Shown: in pieces, positions 39,854 to 52,846 of the stretch
Layout: each line of letters starts with the position of its first letter
Position numbering within the stretch: the stretch's first letter is position 1
Assembly (NCBI RefSeq): GCF_006345805.1
Contig: NW_021834308.1
Location: 1 to 53,703 of the forward strand
DNA: 53,703 bases
Source: Octopus sinensis
Lineage: Eukaryota
Direction: 5' to 3'
The notes under the pieces: generated by a model
The model's database searches: none
What the model was told of the DNA's origin: nothing
What the model saw: only the letters and a program-made list of their open reading frames with translations
Position numbers and translations under genes: made by a program

Positions 39854-40329
39854 CACATACATTATTACAAGTATGCTCACGTACACACAGACAGACATAG
39901 ACACACACACACATATATATTTATATATATACATTTACATAAATACGTATATGCATATAAATATGTATGCAGTTTCATATCTATATTTGTCTAGATGAAT
40001 ATGTGTACATAAATACATACATAAGGGCATATGTACATACAAATACACACACACACACACACATACACACACATAGAGTTATACGCATGGTTATATGGAT
40101 ACAAACTTGCATATGTAATCCATGGGCATTCAAATAGAAATAAATATAATTTAGATGAAGATATCTAAATCATTATATATAAAAAATGTATTGTATACCA
40201 AAAAAGCTATACGCATACTCGTATCTTCAGCAGGTCACATGCGTACATGTACAGACACACAGATACATGAATTCATACAACATACACATCAAATTAACAT
40301 ACAACCTGTAATATAATCGCATATGCTCA

Positions 40330-40374
<45 letters not shown>

Positions 40375-40455
40375 ATATATACATATACGTATGATAGAGA
40401 GAGAGAAAGGAGATACACACATATATATGCATATATATATATAGGTGTATATAAA

Positions 40456-40500
<45 letters not shown>

Positions 40501-40683
40501 TATATAATTGAGGGTAAAATTAATTAATTATTAATCAGTTCACCAAGTATTCAGTATGTAAAGGGACCATTATAGGCGAATTCAAAATATTACATTATAT
40601 ATATATATATATTATATTACATTATATATATATATATATTATATATAAGTAATATTTAGAATTTTTTTTTTTTATATATAATG

Positions 40684-40728
<45 letters not shown>

Positions 40729-41513
40729 ATCATATATATGTTGGTGTGTATGTGTAGGGATAAATGTATCTAAATCTAGATATATATATATCTATGCATG
40801 TATATGTATGTATACCTATATGTATGTATACTTCTATATGCGGGCAGGAATGGTAATTTAAATAGGAGAAAAAGCGAGAGACAAGCAATTCTGTGAGAAA
40901 TAGATATTGTGAGAGCTGCAATGAAAAAACTAAATAAAAATGAGTAAAAGAAATATGAGTTGCTCTAAAGAAAAAAAAAACAGAAAATGGAGAAATTGTA
41001 TTGCGATATCGCATGTATGTATCGATATACGTATGCACGTAGGTATGCATCTATGAATGATACACGCGAATAAACACGCATATACGTATAAAGATACACA
41101 GACACATACACATATACATATATGCATGTAGTTATGCATGTATATATATATATGTGTGTTCTAATAGAATGTTTTTCCGCCATGTTTATAGGTGGTCACG
41201 TGTGTTCTGTTCTGTGATGGAGGACAGGTTTGTGATAATTAACTTCAGACAATTGATGCTGAAAGCCCAGAGCTACCTCGTGACCCCTGCAAATGCGATC
41301 TCACATATTTCGGTCAAGATATTGATTTGGCTTTCTTTGCATTTATTGTTATTAGACTTGTTGTTGTTGTTCATCTCGTTCTTGTTCTTCTTATTGTGTT
41401 GTTGTCCACATCGTTGTCCTTACAATTGTTGTTGTATATGATGATGATGATGACGCTGCTGCTACAGCAAATTCTACTGATGTAGATATGAAAGTAGTGC
41501 CATCAACATCATT

Positions 41514-41544
<31 letters not shown>

Positions 41545-41550
41545 ATATTA

Positions 41551-41600
<50 letters not shown>

Positions 41601-41722
41601 TATCATTATTATTGTTATCACGATTGTTGTTGTTGTTGGTGGTGTTGTTAATCTCTGTTTATTATTATCATTATGATTATTGTTATTGTTGTTGTTAATC
41701 TCTGTTTATTATTATTATTATG

Positions 41723-41753
<31 letters not shown>

Positions 41754-41800
41754 TATTATTATTATATTATTCTATATTATTATTATTATTATTATTATTA

Positions 41801-41841
<41 letters not shown>

Positions 41842-42150
41842 TATTATTCTTATCATATCATTATCATCATATATTATTATATTATTATTATTATCATCAT
41901 TATCATTATTATTATTATGTTATTGCATCTTATTTGTTGTTGTGGTTGCTGCTGTTGTTGTTTTTATTATGATTAGTAATATAAAATTGATTATAATATA
42001 GCAGCAGCAGCAGCAGTAGCAGCAGCAATTGTATTAGTGCAATAGTGCATGTGGTGGTAATTTTGCAAGATATTATAGAAATAGTTACAGTGCTGATAGT
42101 AGAAGCAGCAGAAGCAGCAGCAGCAGTAGTTGTAGTAGTGGTGGTGGTGA

Positions 42151-42198
<48 letters not shown>

Positions 42199-42450
42199 CA
42201 GTAGTGGTAGTAGTAGTAGTTAATGATGATGATTTGTCAATAACTATTCCTTTCTTAGCAGACCATTATCTATCTAATTTTTAGTGTGTGTGTGTGTATG
42301 TGTGTGTGATGGTGTGTATATGTGTGAATATATATGTAATATGTGTATAGTTTTATACATACATACACACACACGCATATATATATATATATACGTATAT
42401 ATATATATAAAAATATATATTTATATATATATATATATGCATATATGTAT

Positions 42451-42489
<39 letters not shown>

Positions 42490-43385
42490 TATATGTGTGT
42501 TCGTGTGCATATGTGTGCACGTGTATGCAAAGATACATACATATACGCTCACATATATATATATATTGTAGATTTTTCATTACCTATTATGTGGGAATGA
42601 CGTTGTTGTGTGATGCGACGTAGGTCCTGGTGTAGGGGGCGGTCGCTATCCTTTTTTAAAGTAGAAAGTAGGCATTTGAGAAAAATAAAAACAGTGAGAG
42701 AGTGAGAGAGAAAGAGGGAAAGAGAGAGAGAGGGAGTGAAACATTAAGAAACCATAAGAGAGGACCTAGTGTTAATAAAATGAATAAAAGGAGAGAGAGA
42801 GAGAGAGAGAGAGAGAAGAGAATAGGTAAGAGAGGGGGAAAAGAAGACGATTCACATGAAAAGGAAAAATGGAAAGAAAGTAATGTGGACAGAGAAAAAA
42901 TAAGGAGCACATACAGAGCTGTGTAGAGAAGAGTAAGGAACACTGGCTAAATGAAAATCAAGTGCTATGTGTAGGCAGGGCTGAGTTTTATTTATATATA
43001 TATTATTTTTATTTTTAAGGTTTTTAAATTTCTTTTTTGAGTTTGTGTGTATTCATACGCGTAGAGAGGTGGTGGTGATGGTGGTGGTGGTGGTGATGGG
43101 GTTTGTGTCTTTGAGTATGGCTCTGTCTACGTGTATGCATGGGCATGTCTGTCCGAGTGCGTATGCCGGTGTGATTGTTGGATATCTGTGTCTGGGTCTT
43201 GAGTCTGGGTTTGGGCATTTCTTGTTTTTATTTTTTTTACGTGTGAGCGCGTGCATAATGAATATGTCTCTGTCTGCCTGTCTTTCTCACTGTCTGTATG
43301 TGTGCCTGCCTGCCTGCCTCACAGTGGTCTGCATTTATTTCTCTGTGCTTATATATACACATATATATATGTATATATGAGTGTA

Positions 43386-43419
<34 letters not shown>

Positions 43420-43577
43420 ACTATCTATCTATCTATCTACATACCTACCTACATACCTGTTTGTCTGTCTGCCTGTCTCTCTCTCTCCCTCTCTGTATGT
43501 CTACCTGTTTTTCTCACTCTATCTGTCCCTCTGTCCACCTGCCTATTTATACACATTTGTATATATTTCTAAAGAGA

Positions 43578-43663
<86 letters not shown>

Positions 43664-43990
43664 AGAGAGGAGAGAGAGAGAGACAGACAGAGAGAGAGAG
43701 AGAGAGTGTTTAAGTGTGCATTGGTGTGTGTGTATGAAAAGCATAAGAGAGGGGTTATGATGAATTGAGACAATATGAGTGAGCTTGTACTAATGTGACA
43801 GGCGAATTTTATCTGATATGTGGACATGTGGTTACTAGTTCTAATAAGCACACACACAGTCCTACACAGCCTTAATTACACAAAAACACACACACACTCA
43901 CACAATATATATATATATCGCATATATATATACATATCGCATATATATATAATATGCATATAGCATATATATATATATTATATATATTAT

Positions 43991-44046
<56 letters not shown>

Positions 44047-44320
44047 GTATACACATGGATACATATTAATACATAGATAAATACTTTTATTACATATATA
44101 CAGCGCGGACATCATGTAGAAAGCTGAAGAATAAGAAAATAGAAAGAGAGAGAGAGAGAGGGGGGAGAAAGGGGGGAGAGAAGAGAAAGGAAGAGAGGGA
44201 GAGAGAGTTGAATAGAATAAGAAAAGGTAATTATGTTCCCGTAAAACGAACTTAGATATATATAATATAGATAAATACATAGATAGATATACACAGAATA
44301 TCTATCTATCTATATCTATC

Positions 44321-44409
<89 letters not shown>

Positions 44410-44516
44410 TACACATACATATACGCAGGCATAGCTTGAAAAAATTGATATGCATACTTATGTGCACGTCTGTATTGATGTGCATGTGAATGTATACATA
44501 CGCACACACATATAAC

Positions 44517-44547
<31 letters not shown>

Positions 44548-45070
44548 CATATATATATAGATACCCTTTATATAGTTTATAAGTGCGATTCATCCACTAC
44601 TGCGTAGGTTGGTATGCTTGCACTAGAGAGTGGACGTAGATGATGAAACAAAGGCTTGAGACAGGGAGTGAGAGTTTATAAGCATGCATGTGTAATTTGA
44701 GTCTGCAGTACATTTAAGTGTGTGAGAAATTGGCATGGAGATAGAAAGTGAAAAAAAAAGAAGCAAGAAGGCAAAGAATGACAGAAAGATGATATATATA
44801 CAAGAGAGGAGGACAACGGCGGTGAGAGGGTGAGGAGTTGAGAAAGGGGGAAAAAAAAGAGAAAAGTAAATTCTATATATATATATCTACGAAGACGTGT
44901 ATGTCTTAACGTGTTCATTTAAATGCACAGTGTCTATGATGTATATTCAGATATTTTTCCCTAAATTAATAAATTAACAAAAGAAAAATGGAGCTGGAAT
45001 GTATGAAGAAAACATTGTGTGACAGGACAAGAATATAGATACATAGATACGTATATATAATATCTATATA

Positions 45071-45113
<43 letters not shown>

Positions 45114-45200
45114 TCTTCATTTATATGTACATATATGTATATATATATATATATATATATACATATGTATATATATATATGATATACATATATAAATGAA
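34850..45200. repeat. ~10-kb domain dominated by (TA)n, (CA)n, (TATG)n, (TATC)n, (ATT)n, (GTA)n and (AG)n with short unique islands
   Basis: Direct inspection; for example (AG)n at 43580-43705 and (ATT)n at 41545-41920. Confidence 0.9.
36013..36110. repeat. Degenerate pentanucleotide array (CTTGG/TTTGG/TCTGG)n
   Basis: Direct inspection. Confidence 0.9.
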
Positions 45201-45488
45201 GGCAAATTACTTCTTTCACTAAATTCTTTCTCAATGACGAGTTCTGATTCCAAGTTAATTCTTTATCCATTTTCTCTTCTGTTCCTTTCTTCAACTAAGT
45301 ATATTATTTAACCTCGCATAAGGCGGCCATATTTTAAATGTAATCTTCATGCATGAACATTTGCTATTTATTTTTTTTAGGAAAGGACATTATCTCCCTT
45401 GAATAAGCGTATGTATGTATGAAAGTATATATGTATGTATGTATGAATGAGTGTATGTATGTATGTGCACACGCATGTAAGTATCTAT

Positions 45489-45528
<40 letters not shown>

Positions 45529-45680
45529 TTATCTATTTCTAACACACGACCTCTCACAAATATACATATATATAGATATATAAATCACACACTCTCTCTC
45601 AATATATATATATAGTGTGTGTGTATGTGTGTATATGTTTGCATGTATGTATATGAATGGTTCTATAAGTATGGATATAA

Positions 45681-46480
45681 TATTAGGTTGAAGACAAAGT
45701 TCGCCCGCCTTGTTTTGAAGAATTGTTGTTGTTGTTTTTGATTAAATTCTTGAATAAAAGTCATTATTTTAATAACGGCGCACGAACTTTTCCCTCAATA
45801 TAGTAAAATATAAAGAACGAAGATGTAAAGAAAATGGTGAGCGATTTAATTTCAGAAAACTTAATTTCAGAAAACTTATACTCGTTGAACTGTAAGCAGT
45901 TATTTTCCGTAAAGCCGTCTTCACCCTCAATGCTGTCCAAATGCGGTCGCGGAAGTACGTACATGCTCCGCCAAAAGATCGTCTCATTCAAGTTGCCCGT
46001 CATTGTTCTTGTTGGTTCTAGGGCAAGAAAACGCCTAGAACCATCAGATTAATGAAGCTAGGAGTACACATGACTGTGAAAATCTTCGTGCAAGCACTCC
46101 TGGAACGCTAGGTCAACGTGGGAAGGAAGAAGCCTCTGCTAAAATACATACAAAATTTCCTATAGAAACATTCAATTGAAAACTCATCGGAGTTGAACAA
46201 AAACATAACTAGTTTCTCGGTGTGTTTGAATTACTTGAGTTTTTCAAAAGGATCACAGAGTTCTTGCAATTATTGTCTGTTATGCGTTACCCTTTCTTCA
46301 ACACAAAATAACTGGTCATGTTCCGGAAGCTGGCGATCTCTTAGTCGTTATGTTTCACAGGTATTCCACGTTCACGACGAGCTTTTATATTTCCTGTGTC
46401 AACTGGAATCTGTTTATGCTGTATATACGCCTGAAAGAGAAATGAAAGAGTTAAATTTTGGCACATATCCCATAACGTTA
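45681..46480 (-). mobile_element. Tc1/mariner transposon relic (maT-like motif style), internally deleted
   Basis: Minus strand gives FKHTEKLVMFLFNSDE, YVF*Q, PSHVDLAFQECLHEDFHSHV and ACTYFRDRI/DSIEGEDGFTEN. TIR-like TATTAGGTTGAAGACAAAGTTC at 45681. Confidence 0.75.
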
Positions 46481-46780
46481 TATTAGGATGTCTGTCATTC
46501 ACGGTTTGATAAGCTTTGCAAATATCTGTCACGCACGTTCTCCAAAACTCTCAAATCCACAGATTGTACAAATCTTTTAACCTTTACTTGCCTCAGGGCT
46601 CCGCCTCCAAGAATTTATAGTCGAATGAATCGGCTCCAGTAATTACTGTTGTTTTAACCTGCTAATTATTCTATCGGACTCTTTTGTCGAACCGCTACTT
46701 TACGACGATGTAAACACACCAATACCGGCTGTCACGTGGTGGTGGGGTACAAATATACTGATATGTAAATATAATATATA

Positions 46781-46952
46781 GAGGCGCAATCGTGGCTGTG
46801 TGGTAAGAAGCTTGCTTCCCAACCACATGGTTCCGAATTCACTCCCACTGCGTGGAACCTTAAACAACTGTCTTCTACTATAGATAGCCTCGGGCCGGAT
46901 AAAATCTTGTGAATGGATTTGGTAGAGGGAAACTGAAAGAAGCTTGTTGCAC
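46781..46952 (+). mobile_element. SINE family A 5' half
   Basis: Head GAGGCGCAATCGTGGCTGTGTGGTAAGAAGC. Confidence 0.85.
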
Positions 46953-47008
46953 ATACACACACACACATATTATATACATATATATATATATATATTCTTT
47001 TCTTTTAT

Positions 47009-47224
47009 TCTTTTACTTGTTTCAGTCATTTGACTGCGGCCATGCTGTAGCGATACCTTTAGTCGAACAAATCGACTCCAGGACTTATTCTTTGTGAACC
47101 TATTACTCATTCTATCGGTTCCTTTGCCGAACCGCTAAGTTACGGGTACATCAACATACCAGCATCGTCTGGCAAGCGATGGTAAGGGGGGGACAAACAC
47201 AGACACGCAGATATAAATACATAC

Positions 47225-47275
<51 letters not shown>

Positions 47276-47317
47276 GACGGGCTTCTTTCACATTCCGTCT
47301 ACCAAATCTGCTCATAA
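47009..47317 (-). mobile_element. SINE family A, 5'-truncated by the adjacent mariner fragment
   Basis: Starts at the tail (TCTTTTACTTGTTTCAGTC) and breaks at CTCATAAGG. Confidence 0.85.
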
Positions 47318-47732
47318 GGATTAATATGCACAAGTCAAGTTGTACAACACCACTACGTCACATAGTCAAGTCTGGGGAGCATGAAGACTCGTTGACATTG
47401 ACGTAGCGGGAGATTATTCTTTCTCCAAAAGTGACATCGCTTAAATGGCAGCCATTTCCGGATTCCCACGCCCGCGCCCTTTCCAAAACTTGCACCACAC
47501 CACCCTGTAGAGTTTCAGACCCCACTTCCCTGATGTCTCTATCGATGTTGACGTAAACTCTTCCTTTCAGGTTTCGCCACAAGAACAAATCCGGACTAGT
47601 CAAGTCTAGGGAACATGAAGACCGGTTGACATTGCCGTACCGGGAGATTATTCTCTCTTCAAAGAACTACCGTAGCAACTGCATTGTTTCTCTTGAGGTT
47701 AGAGCAATTGTCCCATCTTGCTGGAACCATGC
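47318..47732 (-). mobile_element. Tc1/mariner transposase 3' half (copy 1)
   Basis: AWFQQDGTIALTSRETMQLLR*FFEERIISRYGNVNRSSCSLDLTSPDLFLWRNLKGRVYVN...NGCHLSDV. Confidence 0.88.
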
Positions 47733-47747
47733 ATGAGGTCTACTTTC

Positions 47748-48133
47748 AATGGCCTTCACGTTCCCCAGACTTGACTAGCCCGGATTTTTTCTTGTGGGTA
47801 TACCTGAAAGAGAGGCTTTAAGTCAACAAACCGGAGACCCTGGTGTAACTGAAGGAGTACATCAATAGAGAAATCAGAGAAGTTGGGTTTGAAACTCTTG
47901 AGGGTGTTATGGTGCAAGTTTTGGAAAGAGCATAGGCGTGCGTAGCCAAAAACGGTTGCCATTTAAGAGATGTCATTTTTCATATGTGATGTAGTGGTGT
48001 TGCACAATTTGACTTGTGCTTATTGATTTCCATTGTCTTTTATATTGCATCAAAATTTCATGCATTAATTTATAAAGTTAAAGAAGTTATTAAAAATTAA
48101 AACCCATCAGCGACTTTTGGGACAACCTACATA
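47748..48133 (+). mobile_element. Tc1/mariner transposase 3' end (copy 2) with 3' TIR
   Basis: WPSRSPDLTSPD-FLWVYLKE...NKPETL...NGCHLRDVIFHM*; TIR-like CGACTTTTGGGACAACCTACATA at 48111-48133. Confidence 0.88.
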
Positions 48134-48261
48134 TATGATTTAAAAGAAACCGTGTTGTAAATAAACAAATATTTACTAAATTCAAAGACGAACAGAAAAC
48201 ACAGAAGCTCACCAACTCTTCACCAGTTATCGGCCAGAGAGTCAAACGCAATTTCAGCCAT

Positions 48262-48485
48262 TGTGTGTCTTTGTGTTCGTGTTTGTTCTCCGTCACCGCG
48301 TGACAGCTGGTGATGGTATGTTTATGTCCCCGTAACTTAGCGGCTCGGCAGAACAGAACGATAGAATAAGTTCTAGATTTTAAAAAAATAAGTCTCGTTT
48401 TTGACTTGTTCGACTAAAACGCTTCAAAGTGGTGCTCCAACATGGCTGTACTCAAACTGACTGAAACAAGTAAAAGAGGAAAAGA
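48262..48485 (+). mobile_element. SINE family A 3' half
   Basis: TTTATGTCCCCGTAACTTAGCGG...GACTGAAACAAGTAAAAGAG. Confidence 0.85.
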
Positions 48486-48486
48486 A

Positions 48487-48620
48487 CATACGACGTGCTT
48501 CTTTTAGTTTCCGGTTACCAAATCTACTTACGAGGCTTTGGCTGACTCGAAGCTATAATAGAAGACACATACCCAACGTACCACGCAGTGGGACTGGACT
48601 TGGGACCATGTGGTTGGAAA
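48487..48620 (-). mobile_element. SINE family A 5' half
   Basis: CCACGCAGTGGGACTG...CCATGTGGTTGG. Confidence 0.8.
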
Positions 48621-48840
48621 ACAGTTTTTATCTTAAGTTACATACACAAATGGTTTAAATTAAGCTGTAAGATTAATCAATAGTATTGTATTTAGTGAAA
48701 TATATATTTATTAGACTTTTACAAAAAAAATTTAATGATTTCGGAGTTTCGGTTTCCAAGCTTTCTTCAGACTGAAGGAGTCTTGGAGATGGAAATTTCG
48801 AATTCTTTGTTACTATCAGTTTTCTCAGAGAAGTTTTATA

Positions 48841-49190
<350 letters not shown>

Positions 49191-49274
49191 CTGTGTGTGT
49201 GTTTGTGCGTGCATGAGAGAGTGAAATAGGAAGGGAAAAAGAGAGAGAGAGAGAGAGAGAGTGAAAGACAGAAT

Positions 49275-49310
<36 letters not shown>

Positions 49311-49319
49311 CGGTGAGAA

Positions 49320-49560
49320 CGGGAGATGTGCGTGGCTTAGTGGTTACGGTGTTGCAATCTTGATCGTAAAACTGTTGTTTCGATTCGAGCACGGGGTGAT
49401 GCGTAGTTTTCTTGAGCAAAACAATTCACTTCACGTCACTCTAGTCTGCAAAAATGCTGTAATCCTGCGCGCCACAGTGGCGTCTCTTCCAGGTAATTAG
49501 GAATAAATACGCCACAGAATCCGGGAAACCGGACTTATGAGTCGATGTCTAGGGAAGGAC
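49320..49560 (+). mobile_element. Diverged SINE family B-like copy
   Basis: tRNA-like head GTGGCTTAGTGGTTA...TTTCGATTC and TTCTTGAGCAAAACA...CTTCACGT. Confidence 0.55.
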
Positions 49561-50148
49561 CTCTGATTCTTATATACATAAATCTATACATACGCATACG
49601 TACTTGTAAGTCGATATATACATACACACACACATACACACGCATATATATGTAATTATATATGTGTATACATATACGTATATATATGTACATATATGTA
49701 TATATATATATGTATATATCTAACTATCTATCTTTATGTATGTATATACATACATATATATATATATGCATCTGTCTATCTATATATATCTGTCTGTTTG
49801 TCTCTCTCTCTCTCTCTCTTTATATATATGCATATATATATATATATATATGCATACATACACATTGAGACATGTTGCTATATTGCGTTGATGTGTACAC
49901 GTCATTTAGTAAGGATTCCATGCCGATTTCAGAACAAATAAATGTATTTAAATCATAAATAATTTAAATCACGTTAAAGAGATAGTTCAATATCACAATT
50001 TAGCGCGGTTTCCTATACCATATCTGTCAGAATCGCTCTTATTGTAGGTGTATACATACACTCGTATATACATGCATACACGCATAGATAGGTATACGTA
50101 TGTACGCATACATACACAGACTCATACACACACATATAAATACATCTA

Positions 50149-50235
<87 letters not shown>

Positions 50236-50426
50236 CCCATATAACGATTAACATTCTGACAAGACCGGCGCCGAACGGTTACTTTGCTACTTAACTTATT
50301 GATCAAATTGAAATTAATAAATAAATCAGTGGTTATAACGCTGAACAATTATTGTTTCTAAAATATTAAATATGCATGAAAACTTATCTAATGTTACTGT
50401 GCAAAAGAAAGAAAGAAAAATGCGCG

Positions 50427-50460
<34 letters not shown>

Positions 50461-51184
50461 GATTAGCAGGCATTAGAGACATTTATGCTTTCACATAGTA
50501 ATATGTGTTAATGTCGTTCCATTGCATTAAATGAACATTGTATATTGTTAAAATTCCTCAGAACTACGCTTGTTTATAAGTACAGTATGCTTTGGTTATT
50601 AGTTGACTTAACCTTTGCACAACGGTGACTGGATTTCCGCCGGAACAGAGTGTCGACATGCTCATTAGGTATATAAAAATTATGTCTTCCCATGACTGCC
50701 CACGAATAATTTTGGTTGATAAGAATATTATATTATATTTATATTACATTATATTATATTATATTATATTATATTATATTATATTATATTATGTTATGTT
50801 GTATTATATTGTGTTATATTTGCTGTATGTCCTAATATCATTATTTCAATAATGAGGAAAGATATCTGCCGGAATGGTGACGGCAAGATCATTAACTCAG
50901 AAATATCATTCGATTGCTGCCCGCGAACTGTTGGTTGATAATACAAATATTATATTGCATTATATTGTATTATATTATATTATATCAAATTATATAATGT
51001 TATATTATGTCATGTTATTTTATATTTTATTATGTTATATTATGTTCGGTGTATACCCCAATATAACATTATAATAGTGTGTCAAGAAACTCTTTAAATA
51101 TTTTTGAAAATATGTAGCATAAATATAAAATGCGGGAAGTTTGCAGAATCATGAGAACATCAGAGAAAATATCCTCTGATGTAT

Positions 51185-51290
51185 TTTATCTTCTGAGTTC
51201 AAATCCAGCCGAGGTCAACTTCGCCTTTCACCTGTCCAGGGCAGAAAAAAAAGTACTGGGATCAATGGTATGGATTAATACTTCCCCCAC
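51185..51290 (+). mobile_element. SINE family C fragment
   Basis: TTCTGAGTTCAAATCCAGCCGAGGTCAACTTCGCCTTTCA. Confidence 0.7.
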
Positions 51291-51384
51291 AAGCTACTCA
51301 AAGGATATGAAAAAATCACGAAATAAACTAGGAGAAAGAAAGACTAGGTAAAATAATAATTCTAAGCGGTGTGTATATACTCAT

Positions 51385-51784
51385 TACTCTTTTACTTGTT
51401 TCAGCCATTTGACTGCGGCCAAACTGGAGCACCGCCTTTAGTCGAGCAAATCGACCCCAGGACTTATTCTTTGTAGGCTTAGTACTTATTCTATCGGTCT
51501 CTTTTGCCGAACAGCTAAGTTACGGGAACGTAAACACACCAGCATCGGTTGTCAAGCGATGTTGGGGAGGAGGAAAAACACAGAAGCACAAACACACACA
51601 CGTATATATAATACATATATACGACGAGCTTCTTTCAGTTTCCGTCTACCAAATCCACTCACAAGGCTTCGGTCGGCTCGAGGCTATAGCAGAAGACACT
51701 TACCCAAGGTGCTACGCAGTGGGACTGAACCCGGAACCATGTGATTGGTAAGAAAGCTACTTACTATACAGCCACTCCTGCGCC

Positions 51785-51785
<1 letters not shown>
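51385..51785 (-). mobile_element. SINE family A, full length
   Basis: Close reverse complement of 33372-33817. Confidence 0.95.
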
Positions 51786-51834
<49 letters not shown>

Positions 51835-51893
51835 TGTATGTATGTATGTGTGTATATATAGATAGATATGTATATATATATAAATTACATACA

Positions 51894-51933
<40 letters not shown>

Positions 51934-51939
51934 ATATAG

Positions 51940-52035
51940 AGAAGAAATAAGGTATTCAGAAATTCGGATGTTTTTATATTTACAGATATCTGTAAATATA
52001 AAACCATCCGAATTTCTGAGTACCTCATTTCTTCT
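51940..52035. repeat. 96-bp zero-spacer palindrome
   Basis: Two 48-bp arms, 45/48 complementary, centre between 51987 and 51988. Confidence 0.95.
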
Positions 52036-52523
52036 AATATAAAATATCTGTACATCATCTCCAAACCTTCTAATATATAAACACATGGAGTGTAATTTAA
52101 TATCATAACTTCACAGACATGTACAACAGCAAGTATTACGATATTTCAGTTATATGACCTTGGATAATCTCTGGTTCTGTAAGATATACCCCCAAAGGTG
52201 GAATGAATTATCTAACCCTTAATTCACCCATTATTTTGTACACCTATGAACAAAGACCTGTAAGCCATTGTTGATCATTTTAAAAGATGTTACAGTGTAA
52301 GTTGAAGGACATTTTTGACTATGATTTCTTGCACGCTGAATGACAACTTCGGGCTTCTCTTGTTGGCTCGTATTGCTTTTGGATATAGAATCCCATAATT
52401 AAAATGCTATCTAAAGACCAAACGCATTGGACCTAAAACACGGGTTCATGCATTCGTGCAGTTTAAAACGAAGCATTTGAAAGGGTCCACGTAAAATGAA
52501 AAGCGGACAACATTAGAAAATCA

Positions 52524-52620
52524 TACGAGGGGTTCTGAAAAGTTTCTGACTTTAAGAGTAACACAAAGGCTTGTTTGGAGGCCCTATATTGCGAGTTCTT
52601 TTACATGTCAACTCCTCGTA
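52524..52620 (+). mobile_element. Internally deleted mariner MITE (same family as 22811-23048)
   Basis: Starts TACGAGGGGTTCTGAAAAGTTTCTG, ends CTCCTCGTA; shares TTGGAGGCC...GAGTTCTTTTACA with the longer copy. Confidence 0.75.
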
Positions 52621-52750
52621 TGTTCTTAAATATTCCACTCATCCTAGCTTTCATGTCAACGTCGATACTAGGTTTCTAATGAAATAATTACTAATTCACA
52701 AAGCAAGATTGGTCAGGAAAATTGTCCAACACCGACATGAGTAATATACA

Positions 52751-52786
<36 letters not shown>

Positions 52787-52789
52787 TAT

Positions 52790-52846
<57 letters not shown>

